From positions 1 through 64,000 of the forward strand of contig JAUGWO010000001.1 in assembly GCA_049724395.1 (NCBI GenBank): a stretch of 64,000 nucleotides of DNA, written 5' to 3'. The position numbers were made by a program, and so were the translations under genes. The number at the start of each line of letters is the position of its first letter. Position 1 is the stretch's first letter. The notes beneath the pieces were generated by a model. That model did no database searches. It was not told where the DNA came from and saw only the letters and a list, made by a program, of their open reading frames with translations. This stretch comes from Spongospora subterranea f. sp. subterranea (taxonomy: Eukaryota). Shown here piece after piece: positions 1-12,300 of the stretch.

Positions 1-953
1 ATGTGATCCATCTGCTTGGCCATGATATTGAACAATGCGATCCATACTGCTTGGCCATGATATTGAACAATGTGATCCATACTGCTTGGCCATGAGATTG
101 AACAATGTGATCCATACTGCTTGGCCATGAGATTGAACAATGTGATCCATACTGCTTGGCCATTGAACAATGTGATCCATACTGCTTGGCCATGAGATTG
201 AACAATGTGATCCATACTGCTTGGCCATGAGATTGAACAATGTGATCCATACTGCTTGGCCATGAGATTGAACAATGTGATCCATACTGCTTGGCCATGA
301 GATTGAACAATGTGATCCATACTGCTTGGCCATGATATTGAACAATGTGATCCATACTGCTTGGCCATGAGATTGAACATTGTGATCCATACTGCTTGGC
401 CATGAGATTGAACAATGTGATCCATACTGCTTGGCCATGATATTGAACAATGTGATCCATACTGCTTGGCCATGAGATTGAACAATGTGATCCATACTGC
501 TTGGCCATGAGATTGAACAATGTGATCCATACTGCTTGGCCATGAGATTGAACAATGTGATCCATACTGCTTGGCCATGAGATTGAACAATGTGATCCAT
601 ACTGCTTGGCCATGATATTGAACAATGTGATCCATACTGCTTGGCCATGAGATTGAACAATGTGATCCATACTGCTTGGCCATGAGATTGAACAATGTGA
701 TCCATACTGCTTGGCCATGATATTGAACAATGTGATCCATACTGCTTGGCCATGAGATTGAACAATGTGATCCATACTGCTTGGCCATGATATTGAACAA
801 TGTGATCCATACTGCTTGGCCATGATATTGAACAATGTGATCCATACTGCTTGGCCATGAGATTGAACAATGTGATCCATACTGCTTGGCCATGATATTG
901 AACAATGTGATCCATACTGCTTGGCCATGATATTGAACAATGTGATCCATACT
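1..953. repeat. Tandem array of a 35-bp unit (ATGTGATCCATACTGCTTGGCCATGA[G/T]ATTGAACA), about 27 copies, truncated by the window start
   Basis: Head-to-tail units are directly visible. Variation is almost confined to one G/T site, plus one shortened unit near 160. There are no spacers. Confidence 0.97.
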
Positions 954-1224
954 ACTTCGTCATTGATGCGTGTTTCTTCACATGATTTATATGTATAAGG
1001 AATGAGTTTGAATTGAGAATGCGCATAAATCATTGATGTCAAATGGGGACCGCATTATTCCCATTTAGGCTTTAGAATTACATCTTGATACAGAGTTTTT
1101 GAATACCTTCTGAATAAGAAGAAACTGCACAAGTTGGGGGCTTACGGTTTTATGACTTGCTGTTGGCTTTTTTAACTGCTCTTTCCAGCTCTCTGATGGT
1201 GATATTTGCTGTTGGAGTTTCCAA

Positions 1225-1845
1225 GAGCATCTCTACCGGTAGTTCTTATCCTAAACTTGAAGTGAGTCTCTGACTGTACAGCACCTTGTTTCGAAAAAAT
1301 TTATAAAACCTGGTTGCCCCACCGGTACAGTTTTTAATCGAGGTGTTTAAACGGTTTGTGATGAGTCAAAGACTTGCAGATATTTTCATAAACTGGGTGA
1401 CCCTGATAAGACGATATCTCCCTGAGGTATCCCATACTCTGCATAATTTTTTCCACCGACAGTGGATTGTGATCTTATCCTCATTGATGAGCTCCTGGAC
1501 GATGATGAATGGATGTTGTTGGCCATAGAGTCCGATTCCGAGTCTGATAGCTCCTCGGACGAGGAGCAACAAGTTTCCAGGGTGGATCGATAGTTGGGCG
1601 TTCGGCAAACATCAACCGTGGCATCGAGAAGGATATGCCAGGCTTATGACAGACTACCTCTGTGCGTCACCTGTGTATCCGGAGCGTATTTTTCGGGCGA
1701 AGGTTCAAAATGTCAACACGCCTTTTTCGCCAAATTGTACATGACATCCCAAAACGTGACGCGTTTTTCACACAAAGACGCGATTGTTGTGGTCAGCTGG
1801 GAGCATCACCGGAACAGAAAATCACGGCTGTTGTCAGGAATGCCA
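1225..1845 (+). mobile_element. PIF/Harbinger transposon remnant (left TIR plus transposase N-terminus)
   Basis: GAGCATCTCT at 1225 resembles PIF/Tourist TIRs. The frameshifted translation 'GSIVGRSANINR..EGYARLMTDY...PVYPERIF..RFKMSTRLFRQIV...DAFFTQRRDCCGQLGASPEQKITAVVR' matches the Plant_tran/Harbinger transposase N-terminal pattern. Confidence 0.8.
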
Positions 1846-1953
1846 ATCAAACGACGTTATAGGTAATCGACGTTGTCCGAACTGAGCAACTGAGCATTTT
1901 TTTTTTTGCCCAGTTCGGACGGTACGCTTTAATCGTTTATTAATAATATACGT

Positions 1954-2390
1954 TGTCAAGTAGTACGGTCGTCGTACGGTCGTGACAGTATCCCCCCTTA
2001 CGGCCGCGGTACCTCAGGATACGTCTGATGAAATCGAACAAAACAATCCTTTAGAGCGGGTGTGGCGGATGATGAGGGTTCCCAAGTATCAGATGCATCG
2101 GCTTCGACTACAATATCCAACTTGGGATCAAAATGGCGTAGAACTGGCGCCGAGACGAAAGCAGATTTCAAAGATTGAAATTACGTTTCGGTATTCGAAT
2201 TCCACTCGTACGGAACGTTCTTCACGTTCCTGAGATTGATTTTCTGGGGGTTCCGCTTATCCTATGGCGGGTTGCTGATGGACCCAGAGCGTATATCTGC
2301 CATCCTGTCGTGGCCAGTTCCTCAGTCAGTCAAGGAACTTCAGTCGTTCTTGGGGTTCGCAAATTTCTACCGCGCTTTCATCCAAAAACA
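1954..2390. mobile_element. Scrambled Ty3/Gypsy (chromovirus-type) remnant
   Basis: The + strand at 2220-2390 encodes the RT end 'HVPEIDFLG..GLLMDPERISAILSWPVPQSVKELQSFLGFANFYRAFI'. The - strand at 2220-2000 encodes the connection region 'KNVPYEW...[31 protein letters not shown]' fused to a chromodomain tail 'TWEP...FHQTYP'. A polypurine tract AAGGGGGGA and an LTR start TGTCACG follow. Confidence 0.85.
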
Positions 2391-2715
2391 GAAACGTCAA
2401 TTTAGAACATTCGCTTCGATTGTGATTCTTGGCGGGATATACTCCTATAACATATCACAATCCGTATGGTATAAATCCACTGTGGTTATTCCGACAAATG
2501 GGTTCTATCGCATTTGTCGACAAGTCGATTTATCGTGATCGTTTTCCCATTTTCAGTAATTGGGTTCGTGTCAAAGACCCCAATGGAATTTTACCGAGAA
2601 AAGTTCATATGAATACAACAGAATAACCCTATAACCCCTTGTGAAACAACTCTTAAGCTCAAAAAATTTATTGACTTCATCTACAGTATTTGTTGAATCA
2701 TTGGAGGGTCAACAG

Positions 2716-5400
2716 TCATCCAACCTTGGATGGCTGAGAATCATATTGACAGATATCATATTCCATTCTGCCTGTTCCAGGACAGTAATCGCGACTGAAC
2801 TTGTTGTAGGATACTGATTCTCCCCATCTCCGAACAAATTCCTCAACACTTCCAGAGCAATGACCATTTAAACAGTTGATGACAGGACGGCATTTGCTGA
2901 TGAAGGAGGTTAAACCCGGATTAGGCGATCTCTGTGATGCTGTCTTCGCAATCACGAATTGATCATGCTCTTCGAGAATTTTGGAAAGCGCTGGGAGGAG
3001 GTCTCGGGTTGATTTATAGCGAAGAGAACGTCTTGCAGGAATATCAAATGGTCGGTTGATCGATCCGCATTTGATGGTATTCAAGCCCTGACATTTCCGC
3101 CTTCCGAATTCCGAATGTGTGAATTGAGGGCCCCATTTTCGAATCCATTCATTTGTATTTTGGCCACAGTGATGAACAAAGCACCCCCAGATGGGTTTTG
3201 GAGAAATGTGATAATATTTTTTTAAAAGATGTCGAGTTGCGGGGCCACTTGATCGGTATCTCTCGTTGAAATCACAGCACAGTTTGAGTTTTTCTTCTGC
3301 GGTTTTTGACTTTGAAACAGCCAGAGCAAGAGCTTTCAGATCCAATAAAAACCGAAGTCTTTGTCTCTGAAAGCACAATTGTTAATCAGTATTTTAACAA
3401 AAGGCGAATGAAAACCTGTTGTCAGGGTTTCTGACGATTTTCATCATCTGATAACCGCAGGTGTTATGATTTGATTTACGACCGGGGCAGTATGTCATTC
3501 CAAAATCACCGTGGTTGAAACACGTTCCCCAACGTGTCTGGAACAAGCCCATGTCTTTGCCACAACATTTCACAAGACATTGAAGGACGGGAATACAGAT
3601 GCGCTTGAGACAATCGATCAAATTACGACTAATACTGCGGAGCGATCTTCTGCAAGAGACCAGTTTCAAAACAAAATTCGAAATTAGGATCAGTTTTTGA
3701 AGGGTGCTGGTTGCCTTGGCAATTAGCCTATTGTCAGGAACATCGATGTTGTTTTGTGCGACCTCAACGGTATCCCGCCCCGAATTTCCGAGTAATTCCA
3801 TCATGTATTCCATTATGGCCAAATTGTCGTGAAACTCAACCTGTTCTGGATTCGTCTTCTTTCCCTAAAACAGACGATGCCGTTTGTGACCATCAAATCC
3901 CAGACAGAGCGGGGAACCAGAGTCCTGACCAGAAACACACAGAGGCTATCATAGTCTTTGACCTCATCCAGATCCCAGTTCAAGAGCGGACAGAGAATTT
4001 TCAATCCCACCACATACTTATATTTACGAAACTCAAACATTTTGTGAGTCTGCTCTGGAAATCCATCCTAGTTCGATATAAGCAAATATTGGTAATCACG
4101 AATTTCGGCAATCTCTTACTGGCACGAAATTTTCACCAACGTCATCTGGCTGGTTTTTTGAATCAATCGGATTTTTGAAGCGGCAATCGAGGGTTTTGCC
4201 CACTACGCTTTCAATTGACTGTTGACCATCAATACTGATACAGAATGCATCACGGTTTGAATTCGTGCTCATCAGGGTCCAATCCTAAGACGAACTTAGC
4301 AACCCAAACACAATTTGGATATCGACTGAACGGCTAAGTTTCTGGAAGAACTGTCAACAAACTGGTGGGCGTTTCTGTTATCGGGCACGAGATTCTTGAG
4401 AAAGTCTTTTGACGGGATAATTTCCGAATCAATAGGAATTCGATTTAGATTCGATCAGGCGCTGGAGGTTCTTGCGCTCTTGGCTCAACTGTTGAGAATC
4501 GAGACTGATATGGGACTCGTCAATTTTCGAACCCCGGCCCGAGTCCCATTTCTAAAAACGCACTTAACAAGCGGAATCTCTATATGAAGATGAACTGAAC
4601 GACTACATTCATCGCAGAACTTTCACCAAACTGGTCGACACGATTGATATTGGAAGAATCAAACGCCAACAAGAAATTGCCTTTAATCAAATATCAATCC
4701 AATGTCGAATATTCCAATCTTGAATAGTGTAAACCTTGGGTCTTGTCATGGGTCATTGCCAACTCCTGCGATGGCGACAATGTGTCCTGCAATCAAATGA
4801 TTTCAGAATTTGGAAATTCTTTGGAGCGACATTCCGCCATCCATACCGAGATAGTCGACGAAGCGATTTTTGTGGCGGCATTGGCCTGACCTGAGCCAAG
4901 CGGTTCGCCCCAACCATGACCAGGTTCGGTTGTCACAGATCGAGTCGGTCTGGTCACCACCAACAGCAATACCAACAAAGTGAGGACAAGCATTGGAGGA
5001 AATGGGATGGCGCAACCGTGGCGCGGTTCGCCATCGGGCAAGGATGAGTTCAGAGTTAAGCATGAGGCGAACGGTTCTATGTGTCATACTCATATACCAG
5101 TGTTCATATACCCGATTATCCTCTCCCACTAATTCGATATTCCTGTGATAAATTAGTTCCACGTTTTGCGGGGTGAAGGTCGTGGGCATCGTCAGGGGCA
5201 GCCATATCATCAACACATCCATAGCCAAAGCAAAACGACCATGATAAACTCAATATATCGCTCAACCAAATGCCGAATCCAACAACACGAACATGGCGTC
5301 CTGATTTCAATTGCTTTCCGGTTATTACGTCCCGATCGACGCCGTCAATGAGGTCCAAGACGATTGAGGTCAAGCGCTGTTCATGTTCAGGAGTTCACGC
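2716..5400 (-). CDS. Multi-exon gene of unknown function with three C-terminal Cys/His repeat domains (possibly frameshifted or a pseudogene; 5' end uncertain)
   Basis: A chain of - strand ORFs (5116-5373, 4803-5228, 3813-4040, 3394-3822, 2716-3378) is separated by short GT..AG segments. It contains three copies of 'P(V/I)xxCxxxC...RWG...F....CxG...C'. Confidence 0.6.
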
Positions 5401-5510
5401 CAAGACATTTCTTTGTGATCACGATAAGTTCATCTACCACAATCACGACACGAAATATACAATTTCAAATTCAGAATAAAAGTAAAGTGCGAATTCGATG
5501 CAGTTTTTCG

Positions 5511-5530
5511 CTGATTGGAGTCTGATTGGA
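5511..5530 (-). promoter_or_regulatory. Two tandem CCAAT-box-like motifs (TCCAATCAG x2) upstream of the repeat-domain gene
   Basis: CTGATTGGA occurs at 5511-5519 and 5522-5530, between the gene 5' end and the 25-bp array. Confidence 0.3.
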
Positions 5531-5568
5531 CAGAAGTGACCTGAAGAACATCATGACAGTCATCAGCT

Positions 5569-7016
5569 ACTTCTGTTTTGTAAAGTACCTGTTACTTCTG
5601 TTCTGTAAAGTACCTGTTACTTCTGTTTTGTAAAGTACCTGTTACTTCTGTTCTGTAAAGTACCTGTTACTTCTGTTTTGTAAAGTACCTGTTACTTCTG
5701 TTCTGTAAAGTACCTGTTACTTCTGTTCTGTAAAGTACCTGTTACTTCTGTTCTGTAAAGTACCTGTTACTTCTGTTTTGTAAAGTACCTGTTACTTCTG
5801 TTCTGTAAAGTACCTGTTACTTCTGTTCTGTAAAGTACCTGTTACTTCTGTTTTGTAAAGTACCTGTTACTTCTGTTCTGTAAAGTACCTGTTACTTCTG
5901 TTCTGTAAAGTACCTGTTACTTCTGTTCTGTAAAGTACCTGTTACTTCTGTTCTGTAAAGTACCTGTTACTTCTGTTCTGTAAAGTACCTGTTACTTCTG
6001 TTCTGTAAAGTACCTGTTACTTCTGTTCTGTAAAGTACCTGTTACTTCTGTTCTGTAAAGTACCTGTTACTTCTGTTCTGTAAAGTACCTGTTACTTCTG
6101 TTCTGTAAAGTACCTGTTACTTCTGTTCTGTAAAGTGCACCTGTTACTTCTGTTCTGTAAAGTACCTGTTACTTCTGTTCTGTAAAGTACCTGTTACTTC
6201 TGTTCTGTAAAGTACCTGTTACTTCTGTTTTGTAAAGTACCTGTTACTTCTGTTTTGTAAAGTACCTGTTACTTCTGTTCTGTAAAGTACCTGTTACTTC
6301 TGTTCTGTAAAGTACCTGTTACTTCTGTTTTGTAAAGTACCTGTTACTTCTGTTCTGTAAAGTACCTGTTACTTCTGTTCTGTAAAGTACCTGTTACTTC
6401 TGTTCTGTAAAGTACCTGTTACTTCTGTTCTGTAAAGTACCTGTTACTTCTGTTCTGTAAAGTACCTGTTACTTCTGTTCTGTAAAGTACCTGTTACTTC
6501 TGTTCTGTAAAGTACCTGTTACTTCTGTTCTGTAAAGTACCTGTTACTTCTGTTCTGTAAAGTACCTGTTACTTCTGTTCTGTAAAGTACCTGTTACTTC
6601 TGTTCTGTAAAGTACCTGTTACTTCTGTTCTGTAAAGTACCTGTTACTTCTGTTCTGTAAAGTACCTGTTACTTCTGTTCTGTAAAGTACCTGTTACTTC
6701 TGTTCTGTAAAGTACCTGTTACTTCTGTTCTGTAAAGTACCTGTTACTTCTGTTCTGTAAAGTACCTGTTACTTCTGTTCTGTAAAGTACCTGTTACTTC
6801 TGTTCTGTAAAGTACCTGTTACTTCTGTTCTGTAAAGTACCTGTTACTTCTGTTCTGTAAAGTACCTGTTACTTCTGTTCTGTAAAGTACCTGTTACTTC
6901 TGTTCTGTAAAGTACCTGTTACTTCTGTTCTGTAAAGTACCTGTTACTTCTGTTCTGTAAAGTACCTGTTACTTCTGTTCTGTAAAGTACCTGTTACTTC
7001 TGTTCTGTAAAGTACC
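5569..7016. repeat. Tandem array of a 25-bp unit (TACTTCTGTT[C/T]TGTAAAGTACCTGT), about 58 copies
   Basis: Directly visible and nearly homogeneous. C/T variants are confined to the left half, and there is one 2-bp insertion near 6136. Confidence 0.97.
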
Positions 7017-7085
7017 TTTGGTGGCAATGTTGGGCAGTTCGGACACGGTTATTCTCAATGTAGATCCAGTACTTTTGACAATCGA

Positions 7086-7700
7086 ATGCGGACGAGCAGT
7101 TCAAACATAAATGATTCGTCAGCATCGGCATCACAACAAAAAATTCTCAACGTGCATTTTTGCTTCTTCAGAGAAACCAGGAATGATCTGTCACCCTTGA
7201 TCGTCTCTTGCCTTTTGTGTTTTCGTGAACAGGGCCCAAACATGCGCTTGAAGATTACTGATAGAGAACGTGGACAAATGGGTTTTATCTGGCCTCTCAT
7301 CTTCGTTTGACTCATTCACAGTAACTCTCGACTCACAGCAGGACGTCGTGTTAGCGCCAACGGCTGCAGCAGTGATCAACTTTGAAGCACAAGTCGAGAA
7401 TGGAGCACGTGAAACAAGGGCGGTCATTGCCACAACAACACAACGTTGATCTCGACGCCCACACTGCCGCTGAACCACAACAGCAATGCGCACGAGAACT
7501 ATGGTGAAGGCGTCGAATGAAGATGGGAGGCCAGATACAAGGCGGTCTGTCACGTCCTCGTCGGTCGTCGTTGGCTGTTTTGCCGGAGTGGCTTGAGTTG
7601 TGGCGATTGTCTAATCAGATGGATATATACGATCAGGTTGGACTGATCAGCGACAATGTTGTAGGTGAGCCACATAACTGCAAATATGAGCGCCACTGTT
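7086..7700 (+). mobile_element. Possible degenerate hAT transposase fragment (BED zinc finger)
   Basis: 'VHF...VSCLLC...' is followed after a frameshift by 'SHLRLTH', which fits BED-finger spacing. Downstream 'VGLISDN' is weakly hAT-like. Confidence 0.35.
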
Positions 7701-8738
7701 ATTAACCACCTGACTGAAAGCCATGAGGGTTTACAATGATGGAGGAAGATGTCAAGTAGCACATCAAACACCCAAAGATAGATATTTGGGGTCAAACCTC
7801 TAAGAAACTGGAAGTAAATTATGAAAGCGTAAATTAACCATAACTGGGTGAGCAGGACGAATGGAAAGATGATTGAAAAGAAGTTCGGAAACAGGATAGA
7901 GTGAATGACAAAAGATTCCGAAGACTACCACGCTATGGTTCAACTTCATCTAAACACTGCTATCTCTTGCTTTTAACAACTCTACTAAAGCATGATTGTA
8001 GGAATTGACGAGAATAGCCTCGATCTAGCAGGTGCCAAACTTCTGGCCAAGCCAAAACTGGAAAGGTCGTTCTCCCAGCCCACGAACAGACGACCTTTTA
8101 CGCGTTCTGCCGGTCGACGCAGTCCTTCACCACGACGAAAAACTACCAGAAGAAAAGTAAGATTTGCGCGAAACGTCGTTTAAGAAGACGAATCTTCTGT
8201 CATTCACGCTATCCTGTTTCCGAACTTCTTTTCAATCGTCTTTCTATTCGTCCTGCTTACCAGCTTCTTATAGTTTTGACCCCAAAATATCTATTCCCTT
8301 TTGGACTATTTTGATGGAGAAGAATTCGATCCAGGAGATAGCAAAATCTTTTATCCCTCCAATTGGTCGACCGATGTACCTCTACTTACTCCAGATTCGG
8401 AAACATTGATATAATGGAAATATATATGTAGTTATAATTAGTGTAGAAATAAATATAAGCGATGTTGAACTAGTTGATCTTAGGGGTAGAGGGATTCCTA
8501 AATGATCCCTCACGCGTCTCCGGGTTAAAATACATGGCTCGAGAGTACGATTCACTCCATACTAATGACAGATAGAGGCATGAGTAAGAACGTGACAAAG
8601 CGAAGCGAAATGAAAACGAGGTAGGAAATTGTTCGCCATCACTATTTTGAAAAAAGATTACGGAAAAGATATCAAATATCCAATAAAAACTTGCTAGAGC
8701 AACGGCAAAGACGCGTATGGGACAAAACCAGTAGTATG

Positions 8739-9842
8739 TCAACCTTTCCTCCATGGTGGCGGAACGTCTTCCTCTCCATTGTCGTCAGTTGCTGTTAGTT
8801 CTTCAGCCGTGGGTTGCGGCACGACAGGTTGTGATGTAGCCGACGATTGGCGTTGCGCCATTCGTCGATTTTGTAACTGTTCAACCATTCCGGAAAATGG
8901 ATCGTTTTCCTCAGACCGCGGACGCTTCCCCACAGACGATACGACCTGACGGCGAGCCCGTTTAATTGTATCGTTGATTGATTTGACGACCGCCGAAATC
9001 GGGTGTGGGGTGGCCCGATCTTGATTGGCTTCATACAATATTGAGAACTCTATCCAACGGGATTCAATTTCGGCCCGAGCGCCTTTGGAATCAACGCCGA
9101 ATCGGCTAAGATGTTCGCGAAGAACCTTATCGGATACCATATCAACCGACAATATAGGCAGTCTATATTAACGGAATATCAGTACGATGGCTAGGTTGAA
9201 TTGATATATTAACGACAAAAACAAATCTCTCGGACCAGTCGTGATTGCGAACAATCATAAGACAAGCGCATCTGAGACTATGGCGAAAAAACAAAAGTAA
9301 TCCAGTTCAGATTTTCAGCCCCATTTATCGATGCATAGCAAGTAGAACTTTGAACGGTTTTCAATGAGCAAGATCAAACTTCAAAATTACCTCTCACGAC
9401 AAACTGCATTCACATTGACTGTAGGGAATGGGCTGGCACCCAGCCCCTTTAAAGATGGGTTTTTAGGTAATATTAGGGCAATAACTGCATCCAGCGGTCG
9501 GTTGGCAATGAGACTGGTGGGGTCTGTTACTTGATTACAAATTGGGCACTTCTTTTGAAGCTTCAAGTACCGCCTGATACAAATCGAGCAAACTATAATA
9601 TCGAATTGAGTCAGACAAGCCCGTTACGAAGAAACCAGAATTCACAAGTCGGAAAACAGAGGTGAAAATGAAAACGAACAAAACGAAATAAAATAGTAGT
9701 AGCTCTTTTAGGTACACAAACACGGAAAATGCGAACCCAAACATCGCGTCAAGTCATCCATACAAGAATGGCCACAAGGGCATATAGTCGGTACAGACAA
9801 CGTCTCATAGCATATGGGACAATTCAATTCCTCCATCGACAT
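8739..9842 (-). CDS. RAD18: RAD18-like E3 ubiquitin ligase (RING + SAP); 3 exons 9842-9764, 9592-9391, 9162-8739; 234 aa
   Basis: The spliced RING reads 'CPICYETLSVPTICPCGHSFCSICIRRYL...CPIC' and the SAP region 'RLPILSVDMVSDKVLREHLSRFGVDSKGARAEIESRWIEFSILYEANQD'. The GT-AG exons sum to 705 nt in frame. Confidence 0.85.
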
Positions 9843-10579
9843 TCACGCAGCCTGCCCGGCCGCATTTCGACGCAATCGCTGCACGTGTCGACGACGAACT
9901 TGTCCTAAATATACACACAGGTGTATATATGCGGTCACTTCGGCTGTACTCTACCCTCTCTACTGTACGACTACAGAGAAACGTGTGCAAACATTATCGC
10001 CACGGACGATATTTTTCACGGCTTTATTCTTTTAGGCTCGCGCACTTGAAGTTCGCAAGTTCGCCACCTGATCACTGTGACAGTAGTCATTGGGTTTTGG
10101 TGGCTGTGAAACTAGGGTTTGTAAAGCACGGTGAACAAGAGACGTGTGTATACCTACACTATACACTGTATAGTGTTGTATACTTGCTGATTGATGGTGG
10201 CTAAATCGTCGCATCATAGGCGTTGCCAGAACCGGTCACGCTCTCCCAGGACACAGTAAATGCTTTGATGTTCAGCACGTTATATTTTTTAATGAGTTCT
10301 GGGTTGACAGTTTTAGGAGCAACTCACAATCACGGCCGTCCTGGCAAAATCGTCCAAGGTCTCGAGACAAAAGTTGTCACCATCGGTCGAGGTACTGAAT
10401 CCCATTAATTTTATCAGCACTTTCCTAATCGTCATCAGAAGCGTCTCTGGCTTTGCCCAACGCAGAATGTCTTCATCGCCATCTGTGTCTACCAATCCCC
10501 AGTAGGGAATGTTTCTGACATAGATCCTCCAAATATGGAACAGTGTCCTTTGGGCCAGGTCACTCTCCGAATTGAATAA

Positions 10580-12300
10580 TGTTTTGCATGCATTTTCCAA
10601 AGATTCATACGCAACATTCTCATCAATGCAATCCGCCATTGAACGTCACGGCATCAACAACGGTGTCATCATATGCCGACGAGGGACTCCTAAAATGGAC
10701 AAGGTAAGAACCAATCGGCTACTCAAGTGTCATGGTGTCATGTTTTCTGCCGGTGCAGGTCAGAGCCATGCGACTTTTTAATTGTGATGACGTTATTCAA
10801 AGTGGCTATTTTTACTGCCGCTGCAGGTAAGATCCATGAGCCACATTTTGATTGTGAAGATGTGAATCCACAGACAATAATTGCACTGTGCTCCCAGGCC
10901 TCGAAGTCTGGCGTCCAAGTGCAAGTTCGTCATCCCGTTCACTTTTGATGCAGTCCAGGAGGAATACGTGTTCAAGATACATGATCGGCGGTTCAATTGC
11001 CAGCATAACCACGTATCTGGAGTTCCGCCAGAAATCGACGGAATAACCATGGAACGGCAAATGACCGAAACGGAACGTCTTCATATGCTTACGTTTCTAC
11101 CGTCCCTTCGCGGAGTGAAGGTAGAAACTTTTACAGACATCCCTCAAGTTGCTTATGCAATCTTTCAGATTCGCCAGAGCTTACAGCGGCATTTTCCAAC
11201 GCGACACTTTGCTCCCTCGTTAATTCAAAGGATGGTGGCCAAAGGCCGAGTTCAGCTTTTCGGGCCTGACCCAGACGCGATTAACACTCTGATGCGATTT
11301 GGACATCAAATTGCAGATGATGGAGGAGTGTTTACTTATGAAGTTGACGATTCCCTCAGGTTGAACAGGATTTTCATCCAGAAACCCTCAATGGTGCCGT
11401 ATTGCAGCACACATGCAGACTTTACAATATGCGACGGCACCTTTAACGTGTCTGCATATGATCTGATGCTGATCATCATGTCAAATGTCGATTATATTGG
11501 GAGAACTGTGATGACCGGATTTGTGTTCGCAGAGTCCGAAAACAGCCATGCCATTGTGGATGGCATGAAGCAATTTGGATTGAATCGCCCAGACTCCATT
11601 TTTATGACTGATGGCGCTTCATCGTTTGCCAACGCATCGGAATCTTTGCAGCTTCAACATGTGCTGTGCTTGCAACATTATCGCTCCAACGTTTTCACCG
11701 CAAGCGCAGGGATGCCGCACTACCTTCGCAATCTCTTCATCGATGACTGTAACGCATTTCTTTTCTCAATCTTTGACAGCGAAAGGAAACTCGATGATGC
11801 ATTTGATTCCGCTTGTGAGAAATACCGGAATTTTCCTGCGGCCGTCAAGTCGCTTCCCAAGCGGAAAGAGGATCGTGTCAAGACATGTGCGACACACACT
11901 GGCAAAAATTTTACTGCCGGCCATGTTGCCTCGCAAAGAGCGGAGTTCAACAACGCTCGCGTTAAACAAGATTCCGATTTTAAGAAGGACTTGAAAAAGT
12001 TCAATTTACTGGAGATAGTCCAGCACCTTGTCGCCATTGTGACTCAGCAAGAAATTGACACTTTTGTTGTTGTCAAGGCGCTGATCACTCAGAACCGACG
12101 TTGGAGTGACTATGTCAAGCGAAAGTGGGGTCAAGAAGCAGAGTTGGTCAACAGGTACCGCTCTGAACTTCTAAACGATTATTCGGAAGGCGTCTGGTCT
12201 GTGACATGAAGGCGATGGTTAGACGCACATTGTACACGTGCATGACATTCAAAACTATGACAGTTTTGCTACATGTAACTGCAATACGTTTGCATCTACG
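10580..12300 (+). mobile_element. Mutator-like (MULE) transposase, core ORF 10881-12209, disrupted at both ends
   Basis: Contains a FAR1/WRKY-like 'CKF...HNH', MULE DDE motifs 'ICDGTFNV', 'FMTDG...HVLCLQHY' and 'SQRAEFNNARVK', and an out-of-frame SWIM start 'ATCNCNTF' near 12268. Confidence 0.88.

Noticed and set aside
1..953. CRISPR array (35-bp repeat length is CRISPR-like)
   Set aside because: Units are contiguous with no unique spacers, there are no cas genes, and the context is eukaryotic.
5569..7016. Telomeric repeat or coding repeat
   Set aside because: It is internal with unique flanks on both sides, has no G-rich telomere-type strand, and has a 25-bp period with no long ORF in the track.
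10223..10639. Independent gene from the 108-aa - strand ORF beside MULE 1
   Set aside because: No recognisable domain, and it is followed by stops; probably transposon-associated debris.
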